Below are positions 31,125 to 41,533 of a stretch of DNA of 64,000 nucleotides, one piece after another. A model generated the notes under the pieces. The model saw only the letters and a program-made list of their open reading frames with translations, had not been told where the DNA came from and did not search any database. The stretch's first letter is position 1. The number at the start of each line of letters is the position of its first letter. The DNA is taken from assembly GCA_944386685.1 (NCBI GenBank), contig CALXCA010000005.1, positions 954 through 64,953 on the forward strand. Reading direction: 5' to 3'. The DNA comes from an uncultured Clostridia bacterium. GTDB lineage: Bacteria > Bacillota > Clostridia > TANB77 > CAG-508. The position numbers and the translations under genes were made by a program.

Positions 31125-34100
31125 TTATTGTTTATCTGTTATATTAGTGAAATATCCTGGTGCTCCTGCTTTATCTATTCTTGCATATTCTTTATCTATA
31201 TGTGAAGAGTCAAATTTTGTTCCATTTCCTCCTACTAAAACTAGATTATTATTAAACATATATATTGAGTTTGTAACTGATTTAGTTGACCAACCTGTAT
31301 CTGTAGCTTCATTATATTCACTTGCATATATAGTTGTTAATCCTCCACAATTATAAAACATATTCCTCATATTTGTTACTTTACTTGTATTAAATGAACT
31401 CAAGTCAATAGTTGTCAATTCCCTACAATTATAAAACATATAGCTCATATTAGTAACATTACTTGTATTAAATTCAGTTAAATCAAGAGATGTTAATACA
31501 GAACATGCTTGGAACATATAGCTCATATTTGTTACATTCTGAGTACTAAATTTATCTCCAAATTTTATTTTTTCTAATTTACTACAACCTATAAACATTA
31601 AATCCATTGTTGTTACATTTATTGTGTTAAAATTGCTTAAATCTATACTTTGTAAATCTACACAACTTGCAAACATACTCTTCATATTTGTTGTTTTCTC
31701 TGTATTTATATTATCAAATGTAATTGTTGTTAATTTCGTTAACCCTTTAAATAGATTAGCTGAATTTTCATTTGTGTAAATTGTTCCATTAGTTACAAAT
31801 GTTAATTCATATAAATTGTCTCCATCTTTATCAGTATAATAACCTATTATATTTTTATCTTGTTCTACTGAAGCATCAAATTGTGATATTATACCACTTG
31901 TTGGAACATCTCCTTTTGCAAATGTTATTGTTTCTATTTCTGTTTTGTCGATACCACTATTAAAATATGTTTGACTATTCTCATCAACTTGCATTAATGT
32001 TCCATTTTTTATTTGTTTGGTTAAATATCCTGGTTCTCCTGCTTTATCTATTCTTGCATATTCTTTATCTATATGTGACGGATCAAATGTTGTTCCAATT
32101 CCTCCTACTAAACTTGTACAGTTTGTAAACATATATTCTGAGTTTGTAACATTTTTTGTTGTCCAACCTGTATCTGTTGCCTCATCATATTCACTTACAT
32201 ATATTGTCTCTAGATTTGTACAACCATTAAACATATTATAAGTGTTTTGTACTTTGCTTGTATTAAAACTACTTAAGTCTATCTCTTTTAATGTAGAACA
32301 TCCCGCAAATAAACCATCTATATAAACTGCATTATCTGTTCTAAAGTTCTTTAAATTTAATTTTGTTATATTTCTGCAATTTAGAAACATAAATTCTGCA
32401 CCTTTTAAGTTTTCTGTATCGAAATTACTTATATCTATATCCTTCAATTTAATACAATTAGCAAACATCCCTCCCATGTCAGTTACTTTATTTGTTTTAA
32501 AGTTTTCTAGTCCTTTGATTTCTGTTATAGACATTATTTCTCCATTCATAGTTACTGTTCCAAACATTACAGACATCATAGTAACATTACTTGTATCAAA
32601 ATTACTTACATCTAAGCTTTGCAAGTTTGAGCAACTTGCAAACATATAACTCATATCTGTTACTTTATTTGTATCAAACTTGCTTACATCTAAACTTGTT
32701 AAACCATTACACAAGCAAAACATAAAACTCATATCTGTTACATTACCTGTGTCAAATTTGCTTAAATCTAAACTTGTCAAAGAAGAACATTCATAAAACA
32801 TACTTTTCATTGTTGTAACTTGACTTGTGTTAAAATTACTTACATCTAAGTTTGTTAATAATGAACATCCATAAAACATCCATCTCATACTTGTAACATT
32901 ACTTGTATCAAATTTATTTACATCAAGATTATCTAACATTTTACAATTATAGAACATTGCATCCATATGGACTACATTTTCTGTATTAAAATTACTTAAA
33001 TTTAATTTGGTTAAATGCCTACAATTCATAAACATTCCATACATACTTTGTACTTTACTAGTATCAAAATTTTCCAATCCTACTATTTCTTCTAATTTCA
33101 TTTCATAATTATCATTATTAACTCCAAACATTCCTTCCATTACTATTACTTCACTTGTATCAAATTTACTTACATCAATACTTGTTAATTCATAACAATT
33201 AGAAAACATAGCTAACATATTTGTTGTTCCTTTGGTTGAAATGTTATCAAAAGTTATACTTTTTACATTTATAAAATTATAAAATAGTCTATTTGAGTCT
33301 TTATTTGTATAGATTGTTTCTTTGCTTACAAATGTTAACTCATATAAATTATTATTATCTATATCTGTATAATATCCTGTTATACTTCCATCTTGTTTTT
33401 CTGATGCATCAAATTGTGATATTACTCCTGTATTTGGCACTTCTCCATATATAAATTTTATATCTTCTATTTTGTCTCTTGCTACTCCACTATCCATAAA
33501 TGTTGATGATTGGAAATTAGAGTATTTTAATCTATTTTCTACTGGATTTTTATTAGTTAAATATCCTGGTTCTCCATATTTGTCTATTCTGGCATATTCT
33601 TTGTCTATATGAGAATCGTCATATTTTGTTCCATTTCCTCCCACTAAGTTTGTGCAATGTGTAAACATATTTGTTGAATTTGTAACACTTTTGGTTGTCC
33701 ATCCTGTATCTGTACTTTCATCATATTCACTTACATATATTGTTTTTAATTTTGCTGTTCCTTGCGAATTACCAGAATAGTCTATATCACTGAACATATA
33801 AGACATATCTGTTACTTTACTTGTATTAAAACTGCTTAAATCTAAAGTTTCTAAGTTCAAGCATGACCAAAACATCCAACACATATTTGTTACATTGCTT
33901 GTATCAAAACTGCTTATATCTATGTATGTCAAGTTAGGTAGTGCTTCAAACATACTTGTCATATTAGTAACTTTACTCGTATTAAAACCACTTATATCTA
34001 AACTTTTTAAATTCGTACAATCAGCTATCATCCCTTCCATATTTGTTACATTGCTTGTATCAAATGTACTTAAGTCTAATTCTATAAGAGCTTCACAGAG

Positions 34101-35609
34101 AAAAAACATCCATGACATATCTGTTACTTGACTTGTATTAAATTTACTTACATCTATATCTTTTAATTTAAAGCAGCGTGAAAACATATAACTCATGTCT
34201 GTTACTTGACCTGTATTAAATTTATTTATATCAAAATTTATTTTTTGAAGGTTTTCGCAACGTTGGAACATAGTACTCATATTTTTTACATTACCAGTGT
34301 CAAAAGTACTTATATCTAATTCTGATATTGAAGCACAAAAATTAAACATAAATGACATATCTGTTACTTTACTTGTATTAAAGGTACTTAAGTTTAGATT
34401 TATTAGATTTCTACATCCTTCAAACATAGCTGCCATGTTCGTTACATTCCTTGTATCAAAACTGCTTAAATCTAAATTTGTCACTCCTGCTCCAGAAAAC
34501 ATTAATTTCATATCAGTAACATTACTTGTGTTAAAATTACTTACATTTATATTGGATAAAATATAACAAGAATCGAACATTCTACTCATATTTGTTACTT
34601 GGCTTGTATTAAAACTACTGAAATTTAAACTTTCAAGAGTACCACAACCACAAAACATAGCGCTCATATCTGTTACTTGACTTGTATCAAACTTTTCTAA
34701 ACCAATTATATCTTCCAGTAGCATATCTTTATAATTCCAATAATTTTCTTCACTTATTGAAAACATTGCTTGCATATTTGTTGTTCCTTTGGTTGAAAAA
34801 TTATCAAAATTTATTGTTTTCACATTTAGTAAATCATAGAATAAGCAACTTGAATTCACATTTGCATAAATTGGTTCTGTACTTGTAAAAGTTAGTTCAT
34901 ACATTCCATTTCCATCAGCATCTGTATAATAACCCCATATACTTTCATTTTGTTTTTCTGATGCATCAAAAAATGATATTACTCCACTACTTGGAACTTC
35001 TCCATATACAAATTTTATATCTTCTATTTTGTCTCTTGCTATTCCACTATTTAGATATGTTTCTGCTTGATAATCTGCAAACATTAATCTATTTGGATCT
35101 CCAAATTTAAAGTTTATATATGAATTTAATATGTTACTGTCTGGTATTACTCCATCTTTATATTTAAATTTTATTGTAAATTCTTTTGTTCCTTTTGGTG
35201 CAATTTCATCATCTAAATTAATTCCTTCAACTTCAAATACTATTCCTAAATTGTCATAAAATTCTTCATCATATATAGCTCCTAAATATGTTTCATTTTT
35301 ATCTCCATTATTATATACTGTTACTTTATATACAATTTCAGAACTCGGGTTTGTTGGAGATAGTACAATAGTACTATTCATTGTTGTACCTGTATAATTA
35401 TTTATTTTAGATGTATTTATATCTGCATCTACTTGGCTTTCTATTTCTACATCTGTTATAAATACTCCACTTTGTACTTCTGCTGTAGCTGTTGCATCAA
35501 TTTCTCCTGTTACAGAATTTATTGCAGAATACCCTATTCCCATAAATATTATTGAAGCTACTAAAAGAATTAAAAGAATTGTATTTTTATTTTTTATTTT
35601 AATTCTCAA
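31125..35609 (-). CDS. BspA-family (DUF285-type) leucine-rich-repeat surface protein, three repeated modules
   Basis: Many 'F(D/N)TSNVTDMS.MF..C..L..LDLS' repeats; N-terminal 'MGIGYSA' signal like 28098 gene. Confidence 0.9.
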   Translation of the reverse strand: MRIKIKNKNTILLILLVASIIFMGIGYSAINSVTGEIDATATAEVQSGVFITDVEIESQVDADINTSKINNYTGTTMNSTIVLSPTNPSSEIVYKVTVYNNGDKNETYLGAIYDEEFYDNLGIVFEVEGINLDDEIAPKGTKEFTIKFKYKDGVIPDSNILNSYINFKFGDPNRLMFADYQAETYLNSGIARDKIEDIKFVYGEVPSSGVISFFDASEKQNESIWGYYTDADGNGMYELTFTSTEPIYANVNSSCLFYDLLNVKTINFDNFSTKGTTNMQAMFSISEENYWNYKDMLLEDIIGLEKFDTSQVTDMSAMFCGCGTLESLNFSSFNTSQVTNMSRMFDSCYILSNINVSNFNTSNVTDMKLMFSGAGVTNLDLSSFDTRNVTNMAAMFEGCRNLINLNLSTFNTSKVTDMSFMFNFCASISELDISTFDTGNVKNMSTMFQRCENLQKINFDINKFNTGQVTDMSYMFSRCFKLKDIDVSKFNTSQVTDMSWMFFLCEALIELDLSTFDTSNVTNMEGMIADCTNLKSLDISGFNTSKVTNMTSMFEALPNLTYIDISSFDTSNVTNMCWMFWSCLNLETLDLSSFNTSKVTDMSYMFSDIDYSGNSQGTAKLKTIYVSEYDESTDTGWTTKSVTNSTNMFTHCTNLVGGNGTKYDDSHIDKEYARIDKYGEPGYLTNKNPVENRLKYSNFQSSTFMDSGVARDKIEDIKFIYGEVPNTGVISQFDASEKQDGSITGYYTDIDNNNLYELTFVSKETIYTNKDSNRLFYNFINVKSITFDNISTKGTTNMLAMFSNCYELTSIDVSKFDTSEVIVMEGMFGVNNDNYEMKLEEIVGLENFDTSKVQSMYGMFMNCRHLTKLNLSNFNTENVVHMDAMFYNCKMLDNLDVNKFDTSNVTSMRWMFYGCSLLTNLDVSNFNTSQVTTMKSMFYECSSLTSLDLSKFDTGNVTDMSFMFCLCNGLTSLDVSKFDTNKVTDMSYMFASCSNLQSLDVSNFDTSNVTMMSVMFGTVTMNGEIMSITEIKGLENFKTNKVTDMGGMFANCIKLKDIDISNFDTENLKGAEFMFLNCRNITKLNLKNFRTDNAVYIDGLFAGCSTLKEIDLSSFNTSKVQNTYNMFNGCTNLETIYVSEYDEATDTGWTTKNVTNSEYMFTNCTSLVGGIGTTFDPSHIDKEYARIDKAGEPGYLTKQIKNGTLMQVDENSQTYFNSGIDKTEIETITFAKGDVPTSGIISQFDASVEQDKNIIGYYTDKDGDNLYELTFVTNGTIYTNENSANLFKGLTKLTTITFDNINTEKTTNMKSMFASCVDLQSIDLSNFNTINVTTMDLMFIGCSKLEKIKFGDKFSTQNVTNMSYMFQACSVLTSLDLTEFNTSNVTNMSYMFYNCRELTTIDLSSFNTSKVTNMRNMFYNCGGLTTIYASEYNEATDTGWSTKSVTNSIYMFNNNLVLVGGNGTKFDSSHIDKEYARIDKAGAPGYFTNITDKQ

Positions 35610-35711
35610 AAAATTCTCCCCCTTAACAATATCTTTAGTAATATCAATAATGGACTTTTAAACATTGTATATAAAAGTCCATATTATTATTTTTTTGAAA
35701 TTAAAAAAATT

Positions 35712-35903
35712 TTACTTTTTGGTTGTTTTGTTATTTTTTTGGGATATTTTTTTCTCATCAGGAACTATTATTTTTTGGTCATTTCTTTTTCCTTTAGGTT
35801 TTACATCTTTAAAATGATTATATACAGGGGAAATATCTAGATTGGATCCGTCACCATCTACTACTTCTATTTTTTTATTTTTTTCACTCATTTTTAATTG
35901 CAT
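35712..35903 (-). CDS. Small hypothetical protein
   Basis: 63 aa ORF with RBS-like AAGGA; 'KIEVVDGDGSNLDISPVY'. Confidence 0.55.
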   Translation of the reverse strand: MQLKMSEKNKKIEVVDGDGSNLDISPVYNHFKDVKPKGKRNDQKIIVPDEKKISQKNNKTTKK

Positions 35904-35954
35904 TTCCTTGTTTTATATTTAGATTTTTATACAGGTTTTATCTATAAACCTTTT

Positions 35955-36815
35955 TTAACTTAAAGATTGAGTTAAATCAATTCCATATGTTTGGTATATC
36001 CAATTATAATAATCAAATGGTTCTAATGTTTTTGGCATGCCATAATCTATTCCATATGTTTCTACAGATACATTTGATATTATTACATCTGTAACTGGTG
36101 TACTAACTTCTGCTTGTGTTTCTGAACTTTCTGAATCTGTAGATTCTGTTGTTTCATCTTCTGCTGATTTTACTTCTACATTTTCTATAGCATGTACTAC
36201 ATCCATTCCCTCAATTACTTTTCCAAATACTGCATAATTTCCATCTAGAGAAGAATTATCAACTGTGTTTATAAAAAATTGTGAACCTGCTGAATTATAA
36301 CTTTCTGTAGCTAGTTGTGATGAATAAGATGTGTAATCTGCTCTTGCCATTGATATTGTTCCTTCTTTATTTTTTAGTTTATTTTCATATCCATTTGCAA
36401 GAAATTCTCCTGTTATAGAATATTCTCTATTTTTTTCATCTTCTTCGGAAACTAAGCCTAAATCACTTAATTCTGGTGCTCCAGTTCCATCTCCATTTTT
36501 GTCTCCGCCTTGTATCATAAAGTCTTTTACTACTCTATGGAATTTTAAACCATTATAATATCCATTTTTGGCTAATGCTATAAAGTTTGCAACTGCTTCT
36601 GGTGCCTCTTCTGGATATAATTCTAATTTTATTACTCCATAATCTTGTACTTCCATTGTTACTATTGGATTTTTTACTTCCATTGTAATGTTTTTGTAAT
36701 ATCCATATGATATTGTTCCTATTAATACTAAAATAACTATTAATGCTATAATTGTTAAAATATTTGAAAATTTTTTCATGTTTTTTATCCTTCCTTTTGT
36801 TTTATTATATGTCAA
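35955..36815 (-). CDS. Cyclophilin-type peptidyl-prolyl cis-trans isomerase, membrane anchored
   Basis: 'FHRVVKDFMIQGGD', 'GTISMAR', 'SAGSQFFI', 'YAVFGKVIEG'. Confidence 0.92.
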   Translation of the reverse strand: MTYNKTKGRIKNMKKFSNILTIIALIVILVLIGTISYGYYKNITMEVKNPIVTMEVQDYGVIKLELYPEEAPEAVANFIALAKNGYYNGLKFHRVVKDFMIQGGDKNGDGTGAPELSDLGLVSEEDEKNREYSITGEFLANGYENKLKNKEGTISMARADYTSYSSQLATESYNSAGSQFFINTVDNSSLDGNYAVFGKVIEGMDVVHAIENVEVKSAEDETTESTDSESSETQAEVSTPVTDVIISNVSVETYGIDYGMPKTLEPFDYYNWIYQTYGIDLTQSLS

Positions 36816-36951
36816 AATTATTATATATTAAAAAATTTTTTTATACAACATTTTTATATAAAATTTTTTTATTTATTTGTTTTATTTTCTTTGATTTTGT
36901 GAATAACTTTTTTCTACCTCTGAATAGTTACTATTTATTATTTATATTTTT

Positions 36952-38319
36952 TTAATTATTTTTTATCCCCAATTTTTTTAATGCTTCACCAATGTTTGGT
37001 ACGCCTATTATATCTAATTTAAAATTGCTTTTCAAGCTTTTTTTATTATTTTCTGGAATTATACATCTTTTGAACCCTAATTTTTCTGCTTCTATTAATC
37101 TTTTTTCTATAAAATTTATTCTTCTTACTTCTCCAGTTAATCCAACTTCTCCCATTACTACTGTGTCTTGTGGGATTGGTATATTTTTATATGCAGATGC
37201 TACTGTTGCTATAATTCCTAAATCTACTGCAGGTTCTGTTAATTTCATTCCTCCTGCTATATTTAAATATACATCTTGTCCACCTAAAGCTAGTCCTGCT
37301 CTTTTTTCTATTACTGCAATTAATACTGCTAATCTATTATAATCTAGACCATTTGCTGTTCTTTTTGGTATTCCAAATACAGATTGTGATGTTAATGCTT
37401 GCATTTCTACTAAAATAGGTCTTGTTCCTTCCATACTTGCAACAACACAAGAACCTGATGGATTATCATTTCTTTCTGTTATTAATATATCTGATGGATT
37501 TTTTACTTCACACATTCCCTCTTGCTTCATTTCGAACATCCCTATTTCATTTGTTGAACCAAATCTATTTTTTACTGCTCTTAAAATTCTATATGTATTA
37601 TATCTTTCCCCCTCTAAGTAAAGAACTGTATCTACCATATGTTCTAATACTCTAGGTCCTGCAATATTTCCCTCTTTTGTAACATGTCCAATTATTATTG
37701 TTGTAATTTGGTTTGCTTTACATATTCTCATTATTTGTGAGGTTATTTCTCTTACTTGGCTTACACTACCTGCTGCAGCAGTTATTTCATCTGAATACAT
37801 TGTTTGTATAGAATCTATTATAACAAGTTTTGGATTTGTTTGTTGTATTGCTTCTTTTACAATATCTATATCTGTTTCTCCTAAAAATAATAAATCTTCA
37901 TTATTTATATTTAATCTATCTGCTCTTAATTTAATTTGTTCTGCAGATTCTTCTCCAGATACATATAGTACTTTTCCTTCTCCTTGTACTTTTTGGCATA
38001 ATTGAAGTATTAATGTGGATTTTCCTATTCCTGGTTCACCTCCAAGCAAAATTAAAGAGCCTTTTACAAGCCCTCCACCTAATACTCTATCTAATTCTTC
38101 AAATCCTGTTGATGTTCTATTTTCTTCTTTTCCTATAAATGTATTTAAAGGTTTTGGTGTATTATTTATCTTTTTTTCTATTTTATTCTCTTCTGAATAT
38201 TTTTCTACTTTTTGTTCATAAAATGTGTTCCAGCAATTACATGCAGGGCATTTTCCTAACCATTTTGGTGACTCATATCCACATTCACTACATACAAATA
38301 TTGTTTTTGCTTTTGCCAT
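36952..38319 (-). CDS. radA: DNA repair protein RadA/Sms
   Basis: Zn finger CxxC..CPAC, 'GEPGIGKST', 'KNRFG'. Confidence 0.97.
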   Translation of the reverse strand: MAKAKTIFVCSECGYESPKWLGKCPACNCWNTFYEQKVEKYSEENKIEKKINNTPKPLNTFIGKEENRTSTGFEELDRVLGGGLVKGSLILLGGEPGIGKSTLILQLCQKVQGEGKVLYVSGEESAEQIKLRADRLNINNEDLLFLGETDIDIVKEAIQQTNPKLVIIDSIQTMYSDEITAAAGSVSQVREITSQIMRICKANQITTIIIGHVTKEGNIAGPRVLEHMVDTVLYLEGERYNTYRILRAVKNRFGSTNEIGMFEMKQEGMCEVKNPSDILITERNDNPSGSCVVASMEGTRPILVEMQALTSQSVFGIPKRTANGLDYNRLAVLIAVIEKRAGLALGGQDVYLNIAGGMKLTEPAVDLGIIATVASAYKNIPIPQDTVVMGEVGLTGEVRRINFIEKRLIEAEKLGFKRCIIPENNKKSLKSNFKLDIIGVPNIGEALKKLGIKNN

Positions 38320-38385
38320 ATTTTCTTTTATCTACTCCTTTCTTGTTTTTTTATTTTATTATATTTTTTATAATTTATCAAGTGT

Positions 38386-38632
38386 AAAAAAAGTGCCGGT
38401 TCTCTTTTTTCCATTTTATAATTGAAAGTAAGACATTAATTCGTTTTCTTCCAAAAACGGAAAAAAGAGAACCGGCACTTTTTTTACTTTTTAATTGAAA
38501 ATAAGACACTAACTCGTTTTCTTCCAAAAACGGAAAAAAGAGAACCGGCACTTTTTTTACTTTTTAATTGAAAATAAGACATTAATTCGTTTTCTTCCAA
38601 AAATGGAAAAAAGAGAACCGGCACTTTTTTTA
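38386..38632. repeat. 73 bp tandem repeat x3 carrying AAAAAAGAGAACCGGCACTTTTT, plus an inverted copy at the left end
   Basis: 'accggcact' at 38471, 38544, 38617; inverted agtgccggttctc at ~38392; solo copies near 27930 and 24810. Confidence 0.88.
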
Positions 38633-38634
38633 CT

Positions 38635-39357
38635 TTATTTCATAAGGTTTAAAGAATCTAGTGGTTCTTCCAATCCTTCTAAATTATAATATGAATCTGG
38701 TATGTTTCCAACTATTACATTTTCTGCTACTATAAATTGATTTATAATATTTTGTGTATAATTTTTCATTGGTGTTACAACAGACATTTTACAGTCAAAT
38801 ACAACATATATTCTGTGTAATGTTTGGTTTATTCCTTTTGATATAAATTCGCTTTTTACTTCTGTATCAACTGTTCCTGTCATATCTACATTAATTGGAA
38901 TTTTAGGTCCAATTCCTGCTAATAAACTATTTCCCATAAAACTTCCTAATGTTATTTCTATTGTCTGTGTTCCTACATTATCAAATTCATGTTGAATGCT
39001 TTCTGTTAAGTCTGAAATCATATTATTTATTGGTGTTACATTTGCTTTTATTAATGTTATATTTCCATTATTGTCCTTTTCTATTGAAAATAGTTCATCA
39101 TATTGATATTTGTTCATATAAATTGTTGTTTGTCTATTTGTTATTATTGTTGCAACAGATTTTGACTTTTCATTGCATAATGTTTCATATACTGGTTGAA
39201 TATAATCTAAACAAGTTTTAAATCCATATATACTTATGCTAATTATTATTATAAATTTAATTACCTTTTTCTTTAGTTTTTCTTTTTTGGGATTTTTACT
39301 TTTGTTCCCCCAAAAAGGCTTTATAATAAACCTTCTTCTTGAATATATATTTTCCAT
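38635..39357 (-). CDS. yunB: Sporulation protein YunB
   Basis: 'LLAG.GPKIP', 'SEF...GINQTLHRI', 'IVG.IP..Y'. Confidence 0.92.
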   Translation of the reverse strand: MENIYSRRRFIIKPFWGNKSKNPKKEKLKKKVIKFIIIISISIYGFKTCLDYIQPVYETLCNEKSKSVATIITNRQTTIYMNKYQYDELFSIEKDNNGNITLIKANVTPINNMISDLTESIQHEFDNVGTQTIEITLGSFMGNSLLAGIGPKIPINVDMTGTVDTEVKSEFISKGINQTLHRIYVVFDCKMSVVTPMKNYTQNIINQFIVAENVIVGNIPDSYYNLEGLEEPLDSLNLMK

Positions 39358-39360
39358 ATT

Positions 39361-40914
39361 TTATATTAAAATTGGCTCTTTTGCTCTTTTTAATACATAT
39401 TGTGGAATATATATTTTTTCACCAACATTTATTTTTTCTGGTCTTTCAATTCCATTTACTCTTACTATATCATCTATTGTACTTCCATATTTTTTTGCAA
39501 TTTTCCATAATGTATCATTTGGTTTTACTACATAAATAATAACACTATAGTCTTCCATATCATCTACTGTTTCTTCTGTTATATTATTTATTGTAGGTAT
39601 AGTTATTTCTTTAAATGTTGTTATTTCTATATTTAAATCTACATTTGCTGATATATTTCCACCTTGATTAATAATTTCTTGCATTCCTATTTCTGTTTCT
39701 ATATTTGTTTTGTATTTATTTTCTATATCTTCTATTGTTTGCTCAAATGGTATTTCAACTTTTTTTGTATTAATTCCTACACTTGTTATGTCTAAATAGA
39801 TAATACTTATTTGCACTTCTCCTTCTATTATTAATTTGCCATTTAATTTGTTTTCTTTTGTTATTATAGTTTCAATACTTGAATTTATTATTTCTCCATT
39901 TCCTATTTCCGGTAAACTTATTTTTTCTCTTATTTGACATGTAACTTTTTTTGTTTTTCTATTAGAAATTGTATTAATTTCTTTTAAATCAAAATTTACT
40001 TTTTCTCCTGGACAGTACATATCTTCTATAACATTTATTTCTTTTTGCTCATAACATTCACACAAAATTTCTACTTCCATTTCTAAATATACAGAATGTT
40101 CTTCTATTTGGTTTGGCTTTATTATTATATTTTTTATTAAATAATTTATATTGCAAATATTATCTTCTTTTACATTTTGAATATCAATAAATCCAACTAA
40201 TGGTACTTTTCCTATACATGATGTTATTCTTCCATCTTCTGTTAAATATATTAGTTTTACTTCTACTTCTGATTTTGCAAGTATTTTATTATAACTTATT
40301 TTTATATCTTTATCTACTAAATTAATTGTACAACCTAGTATCTCTACTAAATTATCATTTGACGGAATTGATATATTTTCTTTTACATATGATTTTGTTA
40401 TTCCATCTCCTAATAATGAACTTATAGTTTTATTATTACTTAAAACTTGTATATTAGGGTCATTTACCTTTGTAACAAGTTCTGTTTCTTCTCTTGAACA
40501 AACCTTTATTTTTATTTCTATATTAGCTTTTATTCCAACTTTTCTTCCATTTATAACTTTACATTCTATAAATTTTATAATAGGATTAATTTCAACATTC
40601 ATTCCTATTTGTAATTCTGGTATGTTTATTGTTTCTGAAAAGTCTAATGTTGTATTTAATCCTCTTATACTGTTTTTTTCATCATCAGCAAGATACATTA
40701 TATATGTTAAAATATTACCATCTATTCTTAATTTTCCTTCATTTATTTCTTTTTTGTATATACTAATATTTCCTGTTGAGTTTATTGTGTTTAATATGTC
40801 TGGTTTTGCATCTGGTACAATCATATCTCCTTGTACATTAATATTTTCTTTTTTCTCACAAATTATTTTATTAATTTTTACAGTTTCTTTTGTTATTTCC
40901 ATAATAAATTCCAT
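39361..40914 (-). CDS. SPOCS (DUF3794) repeat + LysM spore-coat assembly protein (SipL-like)
   Basis: 'VPDAKPDI' SPOCS start, C-terminal LysM 'YVVKPNDTLWKIAKKY'. Confidence 0.88.
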   Translation of the reverse strand: MEFIMEITKETVKINKIICEKKENINVQGDMIVPDAKPDILNTINSTGNISIYKKEINEGKLRIDGNILTYIMYLADDEKNSIRGLNTTLDFSETINIPELQIGMNVEINPIIKFIECKVINGRKVGIKANIEIKIKVCSREETELVTKVNDPNIQVLSNNKTISSLLGDGITKSYVKENISIPSNDNLVEILGCTINLVDKDIKISYNKILAKSEVEVKLIYLTEDGRITSCIGKVPLVGFIDIQNVKEDNICNINYLIKNIIIKPNQIEEHSVYLEMEVEILCECYEQKEINVIEDMYCPGEKVNFDLKEINTISNRKTKKVTCQIREKISLPEIGNGEIINSSIETIITKENKLNGKLIIEGEVQISIIYLDITSVGINTKKVEIPFEQTIEDIENKYKTNIETEIGMQEIINQGGNISANVDLNIEITTFKEITIPTINNITEETVDDMEDYSVIIYVVKPNDTLWKIAKKYGSTIDDIVRVNGIERPEKINVGEKIYIPQYVLKRAKEPILI

Positions 40915-41174
40915 TCCTTTCTCGAAGGTTTTATAGTTATAAATTTATTTTTTTAACTATGACCTCCTATAATTTTTTCATTATTTAGATAAAATTTTAT
41001 AATTTATTTTTATACAATAGGAAAGTTATACTTTCCTATACAAGAACAAGTTGAAGAAAAATCAAAGATTTTTCTTATTTGTTCTAAATTATTTTTATTT
41101 ATCTAATTTTTATTTATTAATTTATATGATATTTAGTTAATTTTTATTACTTATTATAAAATTTTATAATATTT

Positions 41175-41387
41175 AAAAGAAAAGTTAATATATAAATTTT
41201 TAAAGATATTAACGCTCGAATGAAATGAAAGTTAGAATTCATTAGACTTTCGAATGAGGGATGTTCACGGTACTCGGGTTTACGAAAGGGGCTGAGTGAA
41301 AGAGGCTCATGAGAAAGTCTTATGAATTCTTTTTGAATGTAATGAGCAGGAGATATCTTTAAAAAATTATATATTAACTTTTCTTTT
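41175..41387. other. ~210 nt rod-like inverted repeat (candidate ncRNA or MITE)
   Basis: Outer arms aaaagaaaagttaatatataaatttttaaagatat / atatctttaaaaaattatatattaacttttctttt; inner agaattcattagactttc / gaaagtcttatgaattct. Confidence 0.6.
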
Positions 41388-41533
41388 TCACAATCTTTAA
41401 TTATATAAATACTTTAATAATACAAACATATAATTTACATAAAAATTGTTGATTTTTTCCAGAAAGTATAGTATAATATATATTAGTTCAAATTTATATT
41501 TGCTCGTATACAAACAAAATAGGAGGTCTTATC

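Noticed and set aside
31125-35609. Diversity-generating retroelement template/variable repeats
   Set aside because: Repeats are all inside one ORF, no reverse transcriptase in window, no adenine-specific pattern noticed
38386-38632. CRISPR array (73 bp period)
   Set aside because: Intervening sequences are near-identical, so it is a tandem repeat
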